DNA of 64,000 nt from Candidatus Oxydemutator sp. Lineage in GTDB: Bacteria; Pseudomonadota; Gammaproteobacteria; Poriferisulfidales; Oxydemutatoraceae. Numbering within the stretch: position 1 is the first letter of the stretch; each line of letters opens with the position of its first letter. The stretch is taken from the NCBI GenBank assembly GCA_965203445.1, contig OZ241883.1:1216001-1280000 (forward strand). The letters are read 5' to 3'. The position numbers and the translations under genes were made by a program. Below, in pieces: positions 48,861 through 63,800 of the stretch. The notes under the pieces were generated by a model, which had not been told where the DNA came from, did no database searches, and saw only the letters and a list, made by a program, of their open reading frames with translations.

Positions 48861-51800
48861 ATGTCCTTGTTCTCTCGACAACTCCACCATGCATACGTGG
48901 CAAGTGTGCTATGCGTTGTGGTTTCTGGTGTCGGGAGCACCGCTTCGGCACAAACGGGCGACACCTCTTCGACACCGACGGTCAGCACCGCCGACTACGA
49001 CGCCAACCGCAACGGCCTGATAGAAGTATCAAGCCTGGAGCAACTCAACGCAATCCGCTGGGACCTGGACGGCGACGGCGTGCCGACGAGAGCCGGCGCC
49101 GCGTCATACGCCGTGGCCTTCCCGAACACGGGCGGAGTAGTCTGCCGTACGACGACGACGGCGACGGTTTCCTGCAAAGGCTACGAGTTGGTATCGGACC
49201 TGGACTTCAACACAGGCGATCCAAGCACACGCACCGACGACCTGTATTACAACGACGGCGCCGGTTGGGAACCGATTGGCACTTGCCGCAGACGGTGGTG
49301 TTCTGCATCCGACTCGTATGCCGCGACGTTTCGTGGCAACGGCCACGTCGTTCACAGTCTGTTCATCCGGCGTCTAGGTGAGAATTTTGTCGGGTTGTTC
49401 GATTCACTGGGTAACGGAAGCAGGATAGAGGAGGTGAGTCTGCGCGACGTGAGTGTTGAGGGGCGCGAGTATGTTGGCGGCTTGGTGGGGGCTGTTCCTT
49501 GGGACGTAACCGATGTAACGATTTCCACTAGCCATGTGACCGGCATGGTCAGCGGGACAGACTATTATGTAGGCGGCCTCGTGGGGTTCAACAGTGGAGA
49601 GATAGTCGCCAGTTACGCGACGGGCACGGTCAGCGGGACGGGGGAGTTTGTAGGCGGCCTTGTGGGGCGCAACGATGGAGAGATAGTCGCCAGTTACGCG
49701 ACGGGCGCGGTCGGAGGGACGAATTTTTTTGTAGGCGGCCTCGTGGGGCAGAATTATGGAAAGATAGCCGCCAGTTATGCGACGGGTGCAGTCAGAGGAA
49801 CGAATTTTTATGTAGGCGGCCTCGTGGGGAGGAATTCTGGAAAGATAGCTACCAGTTACGCGACGGGCGCGGTCAGTGGTGGGATGGGTGATGTAGGCGG
49901 CTTCGTGGGGAGGAATTCTGGAAAGATAGCTGCCAGTTACGCGACGGGCGCGGTCAGCGCGAGCGGGACAGGCTTGTTTGTGTATGTAGGCGGCCTCGTG
50001 GGGGGCAACATGGGAGAGATAGCCGCCAGTTACGCGACGGGCGCGGTCAGCTGGAGCGGGACAGGCTTGTTTGTGGATGTAGGCGGCCTCGTGGGGTACA
50101 ACTATATACTCATGGGAGATATAGCCGTCAGTTACTGGGATACGCTGACCTCCGGCCGTGGATCGAGCGACGGCGGCACGGGCAAGAAGACCTTCGAGTT
50201 GCGTTCGCCCACGACGTACACCGGGATATACGCCGCCTGGAACGTGGACGTGGACGGCGACGGCGCAGCCGACGCCCCGTGGGATTTCGGCACCAGCACC
50301 CAATATCCGACGTTGCGGCATGGCCACGGCGCCGCGTCGGTAGCGTTGCAGCGGCCATCGCAGCCCGTGATTTCGGCGGACGGCAGTTTGCGCGGTTTGT
50401 CGGTCGGCGGTGCCACGTTGTCGCCTGATTTCCGTGCAGCGGTTACGTCGTATGACGCGGCGTCCGAATATGACGTGGTGACGGTTACGGCGCTGGTGGC
50501 GGACGCCGGGGCACGTGCCACGATCAGTCCGGAGGACGCGCAAAGCGATATTGACGGCCATCAGGTGAGACTGGCGGCGGGCACGACCGATACGGTAACG
50601 ATTACGGTAACGGTAACGGCGGCGGACGGTTCGGCGACGGAGTACGTCGTGGTGGTCGGTCATGGGGACGCGCCGTCGCCGCTTGAAGACACGGCGCCGG
50701 CGTTCGAGATCGCGGCGACGACGCTGACGTATACGGCCGGTGCATCGGTGGACCAGACGCTGCCGGCGGCGCGCGACGGCGATGGCGAGTTGCGCTATAG
50801 GCTGACCAACGCGGGCAGCACACCGACGCTGACACTCCCGTCCGGTTTGGAGTTCGACGCGGCGACACGCCGGTTGCACGGCAGGCTGACGACGGCGTCG
50901 TCGTCGGCGCGCTACACGCTGACGGCCACGGACGGCGACGGCAACCTCTCGCCCGCCGACGCCGCCCGGATGTCCATAGCAATCATAGTGTCGCCCGACC
51001 ACGACGCCAACCGCAACGGCCTGATAGAAATATCGAGCCTGGAACAACTCAACGCAATCCGCTGGGATCTGGATGGCAACGGCGTGCCGACGAGAGCCGG
51101 CGCCGTGTCATACGCCGCGGCCTTCCCGAACGCGGGCGGAGTAGTCTGCCGTACGACGACAGGGACGGTTTCCTGCAAAGGCTACGAGCTAATATCGGAC
51201 CTGGACTTCAATACCGGCGATGAGGGCACGCGCACCGACGACCTGTACTACAACAACGGCGCTGGCTGGGAACCTATCAGCGCTTGTGATCGGCCTTATT
51301 CCTATCCCTATCTTGTTTCTTGCCCGGGATACGCTGCGACGTTCAGCGGCAGCGGCCACGTGATCTACAACCTGTTCATCCAGCGTCCGCGTGAGAAATA
51401 TATCGGACTGTTCGGTGTTCTGATGGAAGCAAGCAAGATAGAGGGAGTGAAACTGCGCGACGTGAGCGTTGTGGGAGGTGGGTATGTTGGTGGCTTGGCA
51501 GGGAGTCTTGGTACTGATGGAGGCTGGTTCCAGTCGGTCCCTGGAGGAGAGATAACCGATAGTTACGCAGCGGGTAAGGTAAGCGGAGAGTATTCTGTAG
51601 GTGGCCTCGTGGGGTTCAACAATGGAGATATAGCTGCCAGCTACGCGATGGTCTCGGTCAGCGCGACGGAGGAAAAGTATATAGGTGGTTTCGTAGGGAT
51701 CAACTTGGGAGATATAGCCGCCAGTCACGCGACGGGCGCGGTCAGCGGGACGGAGTATGTAGGTGGCCTCGTGGGTCTCAACAAAGGAGAGATAGCCGCC

Positions 51801-54800
51801 AGCTACGCAACGGGTGCGGTCAGCGGGAGGGATGCAGGCGACATCGTGTGGTCCAAAACGGGAGAGTTTGTAGGTGGTCTCGTGGGGTACAACTGGCGAG
51901 GTGGAAGGATAGCCTCCAGTTACGCGACGGGCGCGGTCAACGGGACGGATAATTATGTAGGCGGCCTCGCGGGGCACAACAGTGGAGATATAGCCTCCAG
52001 TTACGCGACGGGCGCGGTCAACGGGACGGATAATTATGTAGGCGGCCTCGTGGGGATCAGCTGGGGAGGGATAATCGCCAGTTACGCGACGGGCGCGGTC
52101 GGCGGGAAGGATGAGGTAGGCGGCCTCGTGGGGTACAACTGGCGAGGTGGAAGGATAGCCTCCAGTTACGCGACGGGCGCGGTCAACGGGACAGACTATG
52201 TAGGCGGTCTCGTGGGGTTCAACAGGGGAGAGATAGCCTCCAGTTACGCGACGGGCGCGGTCAGCGGGACAGATTATGTAGGTGGCCTCGTGGGGGACAT
52301 CAGCATCGTGTGGTGGTGGTTGGGAAGAACAGTAACCGCCAGTTATTGGGATACGTTGACCTCCGGCCTTGAAAGGAGCGACGGCGGTACGGGCAAGAAG
52401 ACCTTCGAGTTGCGCTCGCCCACGACGTACACCGGGATATACGCCGCCTGGAACGTGGACGTGGACGGCGACAGGGCCGCCGACGCCCCGTGGGACTTCG
52501 GCACCGAGACCCAATATCCGATATTGCGGCATGGCCACGGCACCGCGTCGGTGGCGTTGCAGCAGTCGGCGCAGCCCGTGATTTCGGCGGACGGCAGTTT
52601 GCGTGGCTTGTCGGTCGACGGTGCCACGCTATCGCCCGATTTCCGTGCGGCGGTGACATCGTATCGCGTGGCGTCCGAGTATGACGTGGTTACGGTCACG
52701 GCGTTGGTGGCGAATGCTGGTGCGCGTGCCGAGATCAGTCCAAAGGACGCGCAAAGCGACGTTGACGGTCACCAGGTGAGACTGGCGGCGGGCACGACCA
52801 GCACGATAACGGTGACGGTTACGGCTGCGGATGGTTCGGCGACGGAGTACGTCGTGGTGGTCAGTCATGAAGGCGCGGTGCCGCCGCTCGAAGACACGGC
52901 ACCAGTGTTCGATGTCGCGGCGACGACGCTGACGTATATGGCCGGTGCATCGGTGGACGAGACGCTGCCGGCGGCGCGTGGCGGCGATGGGGAGTTGCGC
53001 TATAGGCTGACGGACGCTGGGCTGACCAACGCGGGCAGCACACCGACGCTGGTGCTGGCGCTCGCGCCCGGTTTGGAGTTCGACGCGGCATCGCGCCGGC
53101 TGTACGGTAGATTGACGACGGCGTCGTCGTCGGCGCGTTACACGCTGACGGCCACGGACGGCGACGGCAACCTCTCGCCTGCCGACGCCGCCCGGACTTC
53201 CATAGCCATCGTAGTGCTGCCTGACCACGATGCCAACCGCAACGGCCTGATAGAAGTATCGAGTCTGGAACAACTCAACGCGATCCGCTGGGATCTGGAC
53301 GGCGACGGCGTGCCGGCGAGAGCTGGTGCCACGTCGTACACCGCGGCCTTCCCGAACACGGGCGGAGTAGTCTGCCGTACGACGACGATGGTCTCCTGCA
53401 AAGGCTACGAGTTGGTATCGGATCTGGACTTCAACACGGGCGACCCGGGCACGCGCACCGACGATCTTTACTACAACAACGGTGCCGGCTGGGAACCGAT
53501 TGGCGTTTGTGATCGGTCTTCTTTTATTCGTTTTCTTGTTCCTTGTCCGGGGTACGCTGCGACATTCAGCGGCAACGGCCACGTGATCTACAACCTGTTC
53601 ATCCGGCGTCCGGGTGAGGACTATATCGGATTGTTCGGTGTTCTGATGGCAAGCAAGATAGAAGAAGTGGGGCTGCGCGACGTAAGCGTTGTGGGAAATG
53701 CTTACGTTGGTGGCTTGGCAGGGCATCTTCGTGATGCCGTCACCTGGCGTAAGTCGGGCCTTGGAGGAGAGATGATAACCGCCAGTTACGTGACGGGCGC
53801 GGTCCGCGGGACAGGCTGGCATGTAGGCGGCCTCGTGGGGGAAAATGATGGAAAGATAGCCTCCAGTTATGCAGCGGGTTCGGTCAGTGGGGCAGACGGG
53901 TATGTAGGCGGCCTCGTGGGGCTCAACGGATACGGAGGAGAGATAGCCTCCAGTTACGCGACGGGCACGGTCAGCGGGACGGAGAGTGTTGTAGGCGGCC
54001 TCGTGGGGGGCAGTTGGGGAAAGATAGTCGCCAGTTACAGTTACGCGACGGGCGCGACCAGCCGGCGCGAGACAGGCGGCTGGTATGAGCTTATAAGCAT
54101 AGGCGGCCTCGTAGGGAAAAACGGTCATACGGGAAAGATAGTTGCCAGTTATGCGACGGGCGCGGTCAGCGGGGCAGGCCGGTTTATTTATGTAGGCGGC
54201 CTCGCGGGGGTCAACAATGGAGGGATAACCGCCAGTTATTGGGATACGTTGACCTCCGGTCGCGGATCGAGCGCCGGTGGCACGGGCAAGAAGACCTCTG
54301 AACTGCACTCGCCCACGACGTACACCGGGATATACGCCGCTTGGAACGTGGACGTGGACGGCGACGGCGCAACCGACGCCCCGTGGGACTTCGGCACCAG
54401 CACCCAATATCCGACGTTGCGGTATGGCCACGGCGCTGCATCGGTGGCGTTGCAGCGGCCGTCGCAGCCTGTGATTTCGGCGGACAGCGGTTTGCGCGGT
54501 TTGTCGGTCGGCGGCACCACCCTACGGCCCGATTTCCGTGCGGCGGTTACGTTGTATCACGCGGTGTCCGAGTATGACGTGGTGACGGTTACGGCGGTAG
54601 TGGCGGACGCCGGGGCGCGTGCGGAGATCAGTCCGGAGGACGCGCAAAGCGACGTTGGCGGTCACCAGGTGAGACTGGCGACGGGCGCTGTCAGCACGGT
54701 AACGGTAACGGTAACGGCTGCGGACGGTTCGGCGACGGAGTACGTTGTGATGATCAGGCGCGTGGACGTGGCGCCGCTGTTCGACGTCGCGGCGACGACG

Positions 54801-57800
54801 CTGACGTACGTGGCCGGCGCATCGGTGGACGAGACGCTGCCGGCGGCGCGCGGCGGCGACGGCGAGTTGCGCTACGCGCTCACGGATGCTGAACTGACGG
54901 ACGCGGGCAGCACGCGGACGCTGACGCTCCCGCCCGGCCTGGAGTTCGACGCGACGGCACGCCGGCTGCACGGCAGGCTGACGACGGCGTCATCAATGGC
55001 CCGCTACACGCTGACGGCCACGGACGGCGACGGCAACCTCGCGCCCAGCGACGCCGCCCGGATGTCCATAGCAATCGTAGTGTTGCCCGACCACGACGCC
55101 AACCGCAACGGCCTGATAGAAATATCGAACCTGGAACAACTCAACGCAATCCGTTGGGATCTGGACGGCGACGGCGTGCCGACGGAAGCCGGCGCCGCGC
55201 CGTACGCCGCGGCCTTCCCGAGCACGGGCGGAGTAGTCTGCCGTACGACGACGGCGACGGTTTCTTGCAAAGGCTATGAGCTAATGTCGGACCTGGACTT
55301 CAACACGGGCGATGCGAACACGCGCACCGACGACCTGTATTACGACGACGGCGCCGGTTGGGAACCCATCGGCACTTGTGACGGAACGTATGAGTGCCAT
55401 GCGTTCGATCCCGGTTATGCCGCGACGTTCCGCGGCAATGGCCACGTCATCCGCAACCTGCTCATCCGGCGCCCGGATGAGCGCCGTGTCGGACTGTTCG
55501 GTTATCTGGCTGGTGGCAGCAGGATAGAGGAAGTCGGGCTGCGCGGCGTGCACGTCGAGGGCCGCAAATATGTCGGCGGCTTGGCGGGGCAGTCCGGCGT
55601 GCGCTACGCGACCGGGACAGCAGTAGTCTCGATAGGCTCCAGTTACGCGACGGGCGTGGTCAGCGGGACGTCGGTCGTGGGTGGCCTCGCGGGTTGGAAC
55701 CTTGGAGGAGAGATAACCGCCAGTTACGCGGCGGGCATGGTTTACGGCGGGGACATGACAGGTGGTCTCGTGGGGGTTCACGAACGGAAGCTGACCGCCA
55801 GTTCCGCAACGGCCACGGTCGGCGGGAGAGATTGGGCAGGCGGCCTTGTGGGGAGCAACGAGGGAGAGATAACCGCGAGCTACGCGACGGGCGCGGTTGG
55901 CGGAAGGGATAACGTAGGCGGTCTCGTGGGGTACAACTGGGGACGGATAGCCGCCGGTTACGCGACGGGTGCAGTCGGCGGAAGGGATAATGTAGGCGGC
56001 TTTGTGGGGGGCAACCCCTCCTCTGGGGAAATAGTCGCCAGTTACGCGACGGGCGTGGCCGGCGGGCGGGATGAGGTAGGCGGCCTCGTGGGGCACAACT
56101 GGGGACGGGTAGCCGCCAGTTACGCGACGGGCAAGGTCAGCGGGGAGAGATTTGCAGGCGGCTTCGTGGGGCACAACCACACCTGGGGAGCAATAACCGC
56201 CGGTTACTGGGATACGTTGGCCTCCGGCCTTGCATGGAGCGACGCCGGCACGGGCAAGAAGACCTTCGAGTTGCGCTCGCCCACGACGTACACCGGGATA
56301 TACGCCGCCTGGAACGTGGACGTGGACAGCGACGGCGCTGCTGACGCCCCGTGGGATTTCGGTACCAGCACCCAATATCCGACGTTGCGGTATGGCCACG
56401 GCGCCGAGTCGGTGGCGTTGCAGCGGCCGTCGCAGCCCGTGATTTCGGCGGACAGCGGTTTGCGCGGCTTGTCGGTCGGCGGCACCACCCTACGGCCCGA
56501 TTTCCGTGCGGCGATTACGTTGTATCACGCGGCGTCCGAGTATGACGTGGTTACGGTTACGGTGCTGGTGGCGGACGCCGGTGCGCGTGCGCAGATCAAT
56601 CCGGAGGATGCGCAAAGCGACGTTGACGGTCACCAGGTGAGACTGGCGACAGGCACGACCAGCACGGTGACGATAACGGTAACGGCGGCAGACGGTTCGG
56701 CGACGGAGTACGTCGTGATGATCAGGCACGAGGACGAGGCGCCAGTGTTCGACGTCGCGGCGACGACGCTGACGTACGTGGCCGGCGCGTCGGTGGACGA
56801 GACGCTGCCGGCGGCGCGCGGCGGCGACGGGGAGTTGCGCTACACGCTCACGGACGCTGGGCTGACGGACGCGGGCAGCACGCGGACGCTGACGCTCCCG
56901 CCCGGCCTGGAGTTCGACGCGACGGCACGCCGGCTGCACGGCAGGCTGACGACGGCGTCGTCAACGTCGCGCTACACGCTGACGGCAACGGACGGCGACA
57001 GGAACCTGTCGCCGAGCGACGCCGCCCGGACGTCCATAGCAATCATAGTGTTGCCTGACCACGATGCCAACCGCAACGGCCTGATAGAAATATCGAGCCT
57101 GAAACAACTCAACGCGATCCGATGGGACCTCGACGGCGACGGCGTGCCGACGGCAACCGGCGCCACGCCATACGCCGCGGCCTTCCCAAACGCGGGCGGA
57201 GTAGTCTGCCGTGCGACGACGACGAGGACGGTGTCCTGTAAGGGCTACGAGTTGGTATCGGATCTGGACTTCAACACGGGCGATCCAAGTACGCGCACCG
57301 ACGACCTGTATTACAACGCCGACGCCGGCTGGGAACCTGTCGGTGCTTGTGATCGGCCTTATATTGATCCTTTTCTTCCCGATCATGTTCCTTGCCCAGG
57401 ATACGCTGCGACGTTCAGCGGCAATGGCCACGTGATCTACAACCTGTTCATCCGGCGCCCGGGCGAGGACTATGTCGGACTGTTCGGTGTTCTGGGTAGC
57501 GGAAGCAGGATAGAGGGAGTGGGGCTGCGCGACGTGACAGTCAGCAGCGGAAAGGGAGCGGTAGGCAGCCTCGTGGGGGTCAACTATGAGGGAGAGATAG
57601 TCGCCAGTTACGCCACGGGCGCGGTCAGCGGGACGGGGTATGACGTGGGCGGCCTCGTGGGATCGAACGGTTCGACAATAACCGCCAGTTACGCGACGGG
57701 CGCGGTCAGCGGGCCGGATGTTGCGGGCGGCCTCGTGGGGTATAACTGGGAGGGAGAGATAGTCGCCAGTTACGCGACGGGTGCGGTCGGCGGAGAGAAC

Positions 57801-60800
57801 ATTGCAGGTGGTCTCGTGGGGTTCAACTGGGGAGATACGGCTGTCCGTTCCAGTTATTGGGACACGTCTGCCTCCGGCCTCGAGTGGAGCGACGGCGGCA
57901 CGGGTAGGAAGACCTTCGAGTTGCGCTCGCCCACGACGTACACCGGAATTTACGCCGCCTGGAACGTGGACGTGGACGGCGACGACGTCGCCGACGCCCC
58001 ATGGGACTTCGGCACCAGCACCCAATATCCGGTATTGCGGTATGGTCGCGGCGCCGCATCGGTGGCGTTGCAGCAGTCGTCGCAGCCCGTGATTGCGGAG
58101 GACGGCAGTTTGCGAGGCTTGTCGGTCAGCGGCACCACGCTGTCGCCCGATTTCCGTGCGACGGTTACGTCGTATCGCACGGTGTCCAAGTATGAAGACA
58201 TGGTGACGGTCACGGCGCTGGTGGCGGACGCCGGTGCGCGTACCGAGATCAGTCCGGAGGACGCGCAAAGCGACGTGGAAGGTCACCAGGTGAGACTGGC
58301 GATAGCCGCCGTCAGCACGATAACGGTTACGGTAACGGCTGCGGACGGTTCGCCGACGGAGTACGTCGTGATGATCAGGCACGAAAGTGCCGCGCCGCTG
58401 TTCGACGCCGCGGCGACGACGCTGACGTACGTGGCCGGTACAACGGTGGACGAGACGCTGCCGGCGGCGCGCGGAGGCGACGGAGAGTTGCGCTACACGT
58501 TGATGGATGCGTTGGCTGACAGGCTGATCGGCGCGCTGACCAACGTGGGCATCACGCAAACACTGGTGCCGACGCTGACGCTGCCGCCTGGCCTGGAGTT
58601 CGACGCGGCATCGCGCCGGCTGCACGGCAGTCCGACGACGGCGTCGTCCATGGCGCGCTACACGCTGACGGCCACGGACGGCGACGACGACCTCTCGCCC
58701 GCCGACGCCGCCCGGACGTCCATAGCCATCGTAGTGTCGCCCAACCACGACGACAACCGCAACGGCCTGATAGAAATATCGAGTCTGGAACAACTCAACG
58801 CGATTCGTTGGGATCAGGATGGCGACGGCGTGCCGGCGGAAGCCGGTGCCGCGTCATACGCCGCGGCCTTCCCGAGCGCGGGCGGAGTAGTCTGCCGCAC
58901 GACGACGGGGGTAGTTTCCTGCAAAGGCTACGAGTTGGTATCGGATCTGGACTTCAACACGGGCGATCCGAGCACGCGCACCGACGACTTGTACTACAAC
59001 AACGGCGCCGGCTGGGAGCCCATCGTCGGTTATGCCGCGACGTTCCGTGGCAACGGCCACGTCATTGACAACCTGTTCATCCGGCGTCCGGGCGAGGATC
59101 GGATTGGCCTGTTCGGTTTTCTGGCCGATGGCGGCAGGATAGAGAGAGTGGGGTTGCGCGGCGTGAGCGTCGTGGGCAAAGATAGCGTTGGCAGCCTGGT
59201 GGGGGTGCTGACCGGCGTGCGCTACGCGAGCAGAACAGCAATAGCCTCGATAGTCTCCGGTTATGCGACGGGTACGGTCGGCGGGGAGGATAATGTAGGC
59301 GGCCTCGTGGGGAGCAACTGGAGAGGAGGAGAGATAACCGCCAGTTACGCGACAGCCAAGGTCAACGGGACAGGCCAGTATGTAGGCGGCCTTGTGGGGG
59401 GCAACTGGAAGAGAGGAAGGATAGCCGCCAGTTACGCGACGGGCGCGGTCAGCGGGACAAAGTATGTAGGCGGTCTCGTGGGGGTCAGCTACAACGGGGG
59501 AGAGATAGCCGCCAGTTACGCCACGGGTGCGGTCAGCGGGACAAGTCGTGTAGGCGGCCTCGTGGGAGGCAACGGGAGATATGCAGAGATAGTCGCCAGT
59601 TACGCGACGGGCGCGGTCAGCGGGAGGGATCATGTAGGCGGCCTCGCGGGGATCAGCGCGGGAGAGATAGCTGCCAGTTACGCCACGGGTGCGGTCAGCG
59701 GGACGGAGGATGTAGGCGGCCTTGTAGGAGGGAACGGCAACGTGCGGTGGTTGAGCAAAATAGAAACCGCCAGCTACTGGGATACGCTGACCTCCGGCCT
59801 GGAAAGGAGCGACGGCGGCACGGGCAAGAAGACCTTCGAGTTGCGTTCGCCGACGACCTACACCGGGATATACACCGCCTGGAACGTGGACGTGGACGGC
59901 GACGATGTTGCCGACGCCCCATGGGACTTCGGCACCAGCACCCAATATCCGGTATTGCGGTATGGCCACGGCGGCGCGTCGGTTTCGTCGCAGCGCCCGG
60001 CGCAGCCCATGATTTCGGCGGACGGCAGTTTGCGTGGCTTGTCGGTCAGTGGTGCCATGCTTTCTCCAGATTTCCGTGCGGCGGTTACGTCGTATGACGC
60101 AGCGGCCGGCCACGATATGGCTACAGTCACGGCAGTGGTGGCGGACGCCGGTGCGCGTGCCGAGATCAGTCCGGAGGATGCACAAAGCGATATTGACGGC
60201 CACCAGGTGAGACTGGCGACGGGCGCTGCCAGCACGGTTACAGTTACGGTAATGGCGGCGGACGGTTCGGCGACGGAGTACGTCGTGATGATCAGTTATG
60301 AAGATACGGCGCCGGTGTTCGACGTAGCGGCGACGACGCTGACGTACGTGGCCGGCGCATCGGTGGACGAGACGCTGCCGGCGGCACGTGGCGGCAACGG
60401 CGAGTTGCGCTACACGTTGATGGATGGGTTGACTGGCAGGTTGACCAGTGCGCTGACCAACGTGGATGTCACGCAGACACTGGCGCGGACGCTGACACTC
60501 CCGCCCGGCCTGGAGTTCGACGCGACGTCACACCGGCTGCACGGCAGGCTGACGACGGCGTCATCAATGGCCCGCTACACGCTGACGGCCACGGACAGCG
60601 ATGGCAACCTCGCGCCCAGCGACGCCGCCCGGACATCCATAGCCATCGTAGTGTCGCCCGACCACGACGGCAACCGCAACGGCCTGATAGAAGTATCAAG
60701 CCTGGAACAACTCAACGCGATCCGCTGGGATCTCGACGGCAACGGCGTGCCGACGGCAACCGGCGCCGCGTCGTACGCCGCGGCCTTCCCGAGCACGGAT

Positions 60801-63800
60801 GGAGTAGTCTGCCGCACGGCGACGGAAGTGGTTCCCTGCAAAGGCTACGAGTTGGTATCGGATCTGGACTTCAACACGGGCGATCCAAGCACGCGCACCG
60901 ACGACCTGTATTACAACAACGGCGCCGGTTGGGAACCCATCGGCGGTTATGCTGCGACGTTCCGCGGCAACGGCCACGCCATCCGCAACCTGTTCATCCG
61001 GCGTCCGAGCGAGGATCGTATCGGGCTGTTCGGTTCTCTGGCCGGCGACAGCAGGATAGAGAGAGTGGGGCTGCGCGGCGCGAGCGTCGTGGGGAATGAT
61101 GACGTTGGCGCTCTGGCGGGGCAGGCCGGTGCGCAAGACGCGACCGGGACGACGATAATCGCCAGTCACGCGACGGGCGCGGTTCGCGGGGAAGAGAGGA
61201 TAGGCGGCCTTGTGGGGCGGAACTTGGGCAGGATAGCCGCCGGATACGCGATGGCCACGGTCGGCGGAGCATGGGACGTGGGCGGTCTCGCGGGTTGGAA
61301 CTCCGGCGAGATAGTCGCCGGTTACGCGACGGGCACGGCCAGCGGGCGATTGAATACCGGCGGCCTCGTGGGCGCGAACTCGGAGGGAGGAACGATAGCC
61401 GCCAGTTACGCCACGGGCGCGGTCGGCGGACAGTCGAATACGGGCGGCCTCGTGGGCGCGGACTCGAAAGGAGGGCCGATAACCGCCAGCTACTGGGATA
61501 CGATGACCTCCGGTCGTGCATGGAGCGCCGGCGGCGCGGGCAGGAAGACCTTCGAGTTGCGCTCGCCCACGACCTACACCGGCATCTATGCCGCCTGGAA
61601 CGTGGACGTGGACGGCGACGGTGCAGCCGACGCCCCGTGGGACTTCGGCACCAGCACCCAATATCCGGTATTGCGGTATGGCCGCGCTGCCGCGTCGGTG
61701 TCGCGGCAGCGCCCGGCGCAGCCCATGATTTCGGCGGACAGCAGTTTGCGCGGCTTGTCGGTCAGCGGTGCCACGCTTTCTCCCGATTTCCGTGCGGCGG
61801 TGACGTCGTATCGTGCGGTGGCCGACCGCGACGTGGTTACGGTTGCGGCGCTGGTGGCGGACGCCGGTGCGCGTGCCGAGATCAGTCCGAGGGACGCGCA
61901 AAGCGACGTTGACGGCCACCAGGTAAGGCTGGCGACGGACACCACCGACACGGTTACGGTAACGGTAACGGCGGCGGACGGTTCGGCGACGGAATACGTC
62001 GTGATGATCAGGCGCATGGACGTGGCGCCGGTATTCGACGTAGCCGCGACGACGCTGACGTACGTGGCCGGCGCATCGGTGGACGAGACGCTGCCGGCGG
62101 CGCGCGACGGCAACGGCGAGTTGCGCTACACGTTGATGGATGGGTTGACTGGCAGGTTGACCGGTGCGCTGACCAATGTGGGCGTCACGCAGACACTGGC
62201 GCGGACGCTGACACTCCCGCCCGGCCTGGAGTTCAACGCGGCGACACGCCGGCTGCACGGCAGCCTGACAACGGCGTCATCAACGTTGCGCTATACGCTG
62301 ACCGCTGTGGACGGCGACGGCAACCTCGCGCCCAACGACGCCGCCCGGACATCCATAGCAATCATAGTGCTGCCCGACCACGACGGCAACCGCAACGCCC
62401 TGATAGAAATATCGAGCCTGGAGCAACTCAACGCAATCCGGTGGGATCTGGATGGCGACGGCGTGCCGACGGAAGCCGGCGCCGCGTCATACGCCGCGGC
62501 CTTCCCGAGTACGGATGGAGTCGTCTGTCGCACAACGACGAGTGTGGTTCCCTGCAAAGGCTACGAGCTAATATCGGACCTGGACTTCAACACGGGCGAT
62601 CCAAGCACGCGCACCGACGACCTGTACTACAACGACGGCGCCGGCTGGGAACCGATTGGCACTTGTAGCTGGTGGTGTTTTGCATCCGATGGGTATGTCA
62701 CGACGTTCCGTGGCAACAGCCACGTCATTGACAACCTGTTCATCCGGCGTCCAGATGAGGATCGTATTGGACTGTTCGGTGTTCTGGGTAGCGGAAGCAG
62801 GATAGAGGGAGTGGGGCTGCGCGATGCGCGCGTCGAGGGAGATGATTATGTTGGTGGCTTGGCAGGGCTTGCTGTTGGTAGAACACCGATAATCTCCACT
62901 AACTACGTGACGGGCGCGGTCAGTGGGATGGATGATGTAGGTGGCCTCGTGGGGTACAACAATGGAGAGATAACCGCCAGTTACGCGACGGGCGCGGTTC
63001 GCGGGACGAATGCAGTAGGCGGCCTCGTGGGGTTCCACAGGGGAGAGATATTCGCCAGTTACGCGACGGGCGCGGTTCGCGGGAGAGATTCTGTAGGCGG
63101 CCTCGCGGGTCGCAACGAGAGTGTACAGATAGCCGCCAGTTACGCGACGGGCGCGGTTCGCGGGAGATATAATGTAGGCGGCCTCGTGGGGAAGAACGAT
63201 GTAGAGATATTCGCCAGTTACGCGACGGGTGTGGTTAGTGGAACGGGTGATGTAGGCGGCCTCGTGGGGGATAACTGGCGGGGAGAGATAGCCGCCAGTT
63301 ACGCGACGGGCGCGGTTAGTGGAACGGATGATGTAGGCGGCCTCGTGGGGTACAACAATGGAGAGATAACCGCCAGTTACGCGACGGGCGCGGTTCGCGG
63401 GAGATATAATATAGGCGGCTTCGTGGGACGGGGGAGAGGAACAGTAACCGCCAGTTACTGGGATACGCTGACCTCCGGACGAGACAGCAGTGCCGACGGC
63501 ACGGGCAAGAAGACCTTCGAGTTGCGTTCGCCGACGACGTACACCGGGATTTATGCCGCCTGGAACGTGGACGTGGACGGCGACGAGGCCGCCGATGCCC
63601 CGTGGGGCTTCGGCACCGAAACCGAATATCCGATATTGCGGTATGGCCACGGCACCGCGTCGGTGGCGTTGCAGCGCTCGGCGCAGCCGGTGATTTCGGC
63701 GGACAGCAGTTTGCGTGGCTTGTCGGTCGTCGGAACCACCCTGTCGCCCGATTTCCGTGCGGCGGTTACGTCGTACGACGCGGCGTCCGAGTATGACGTG

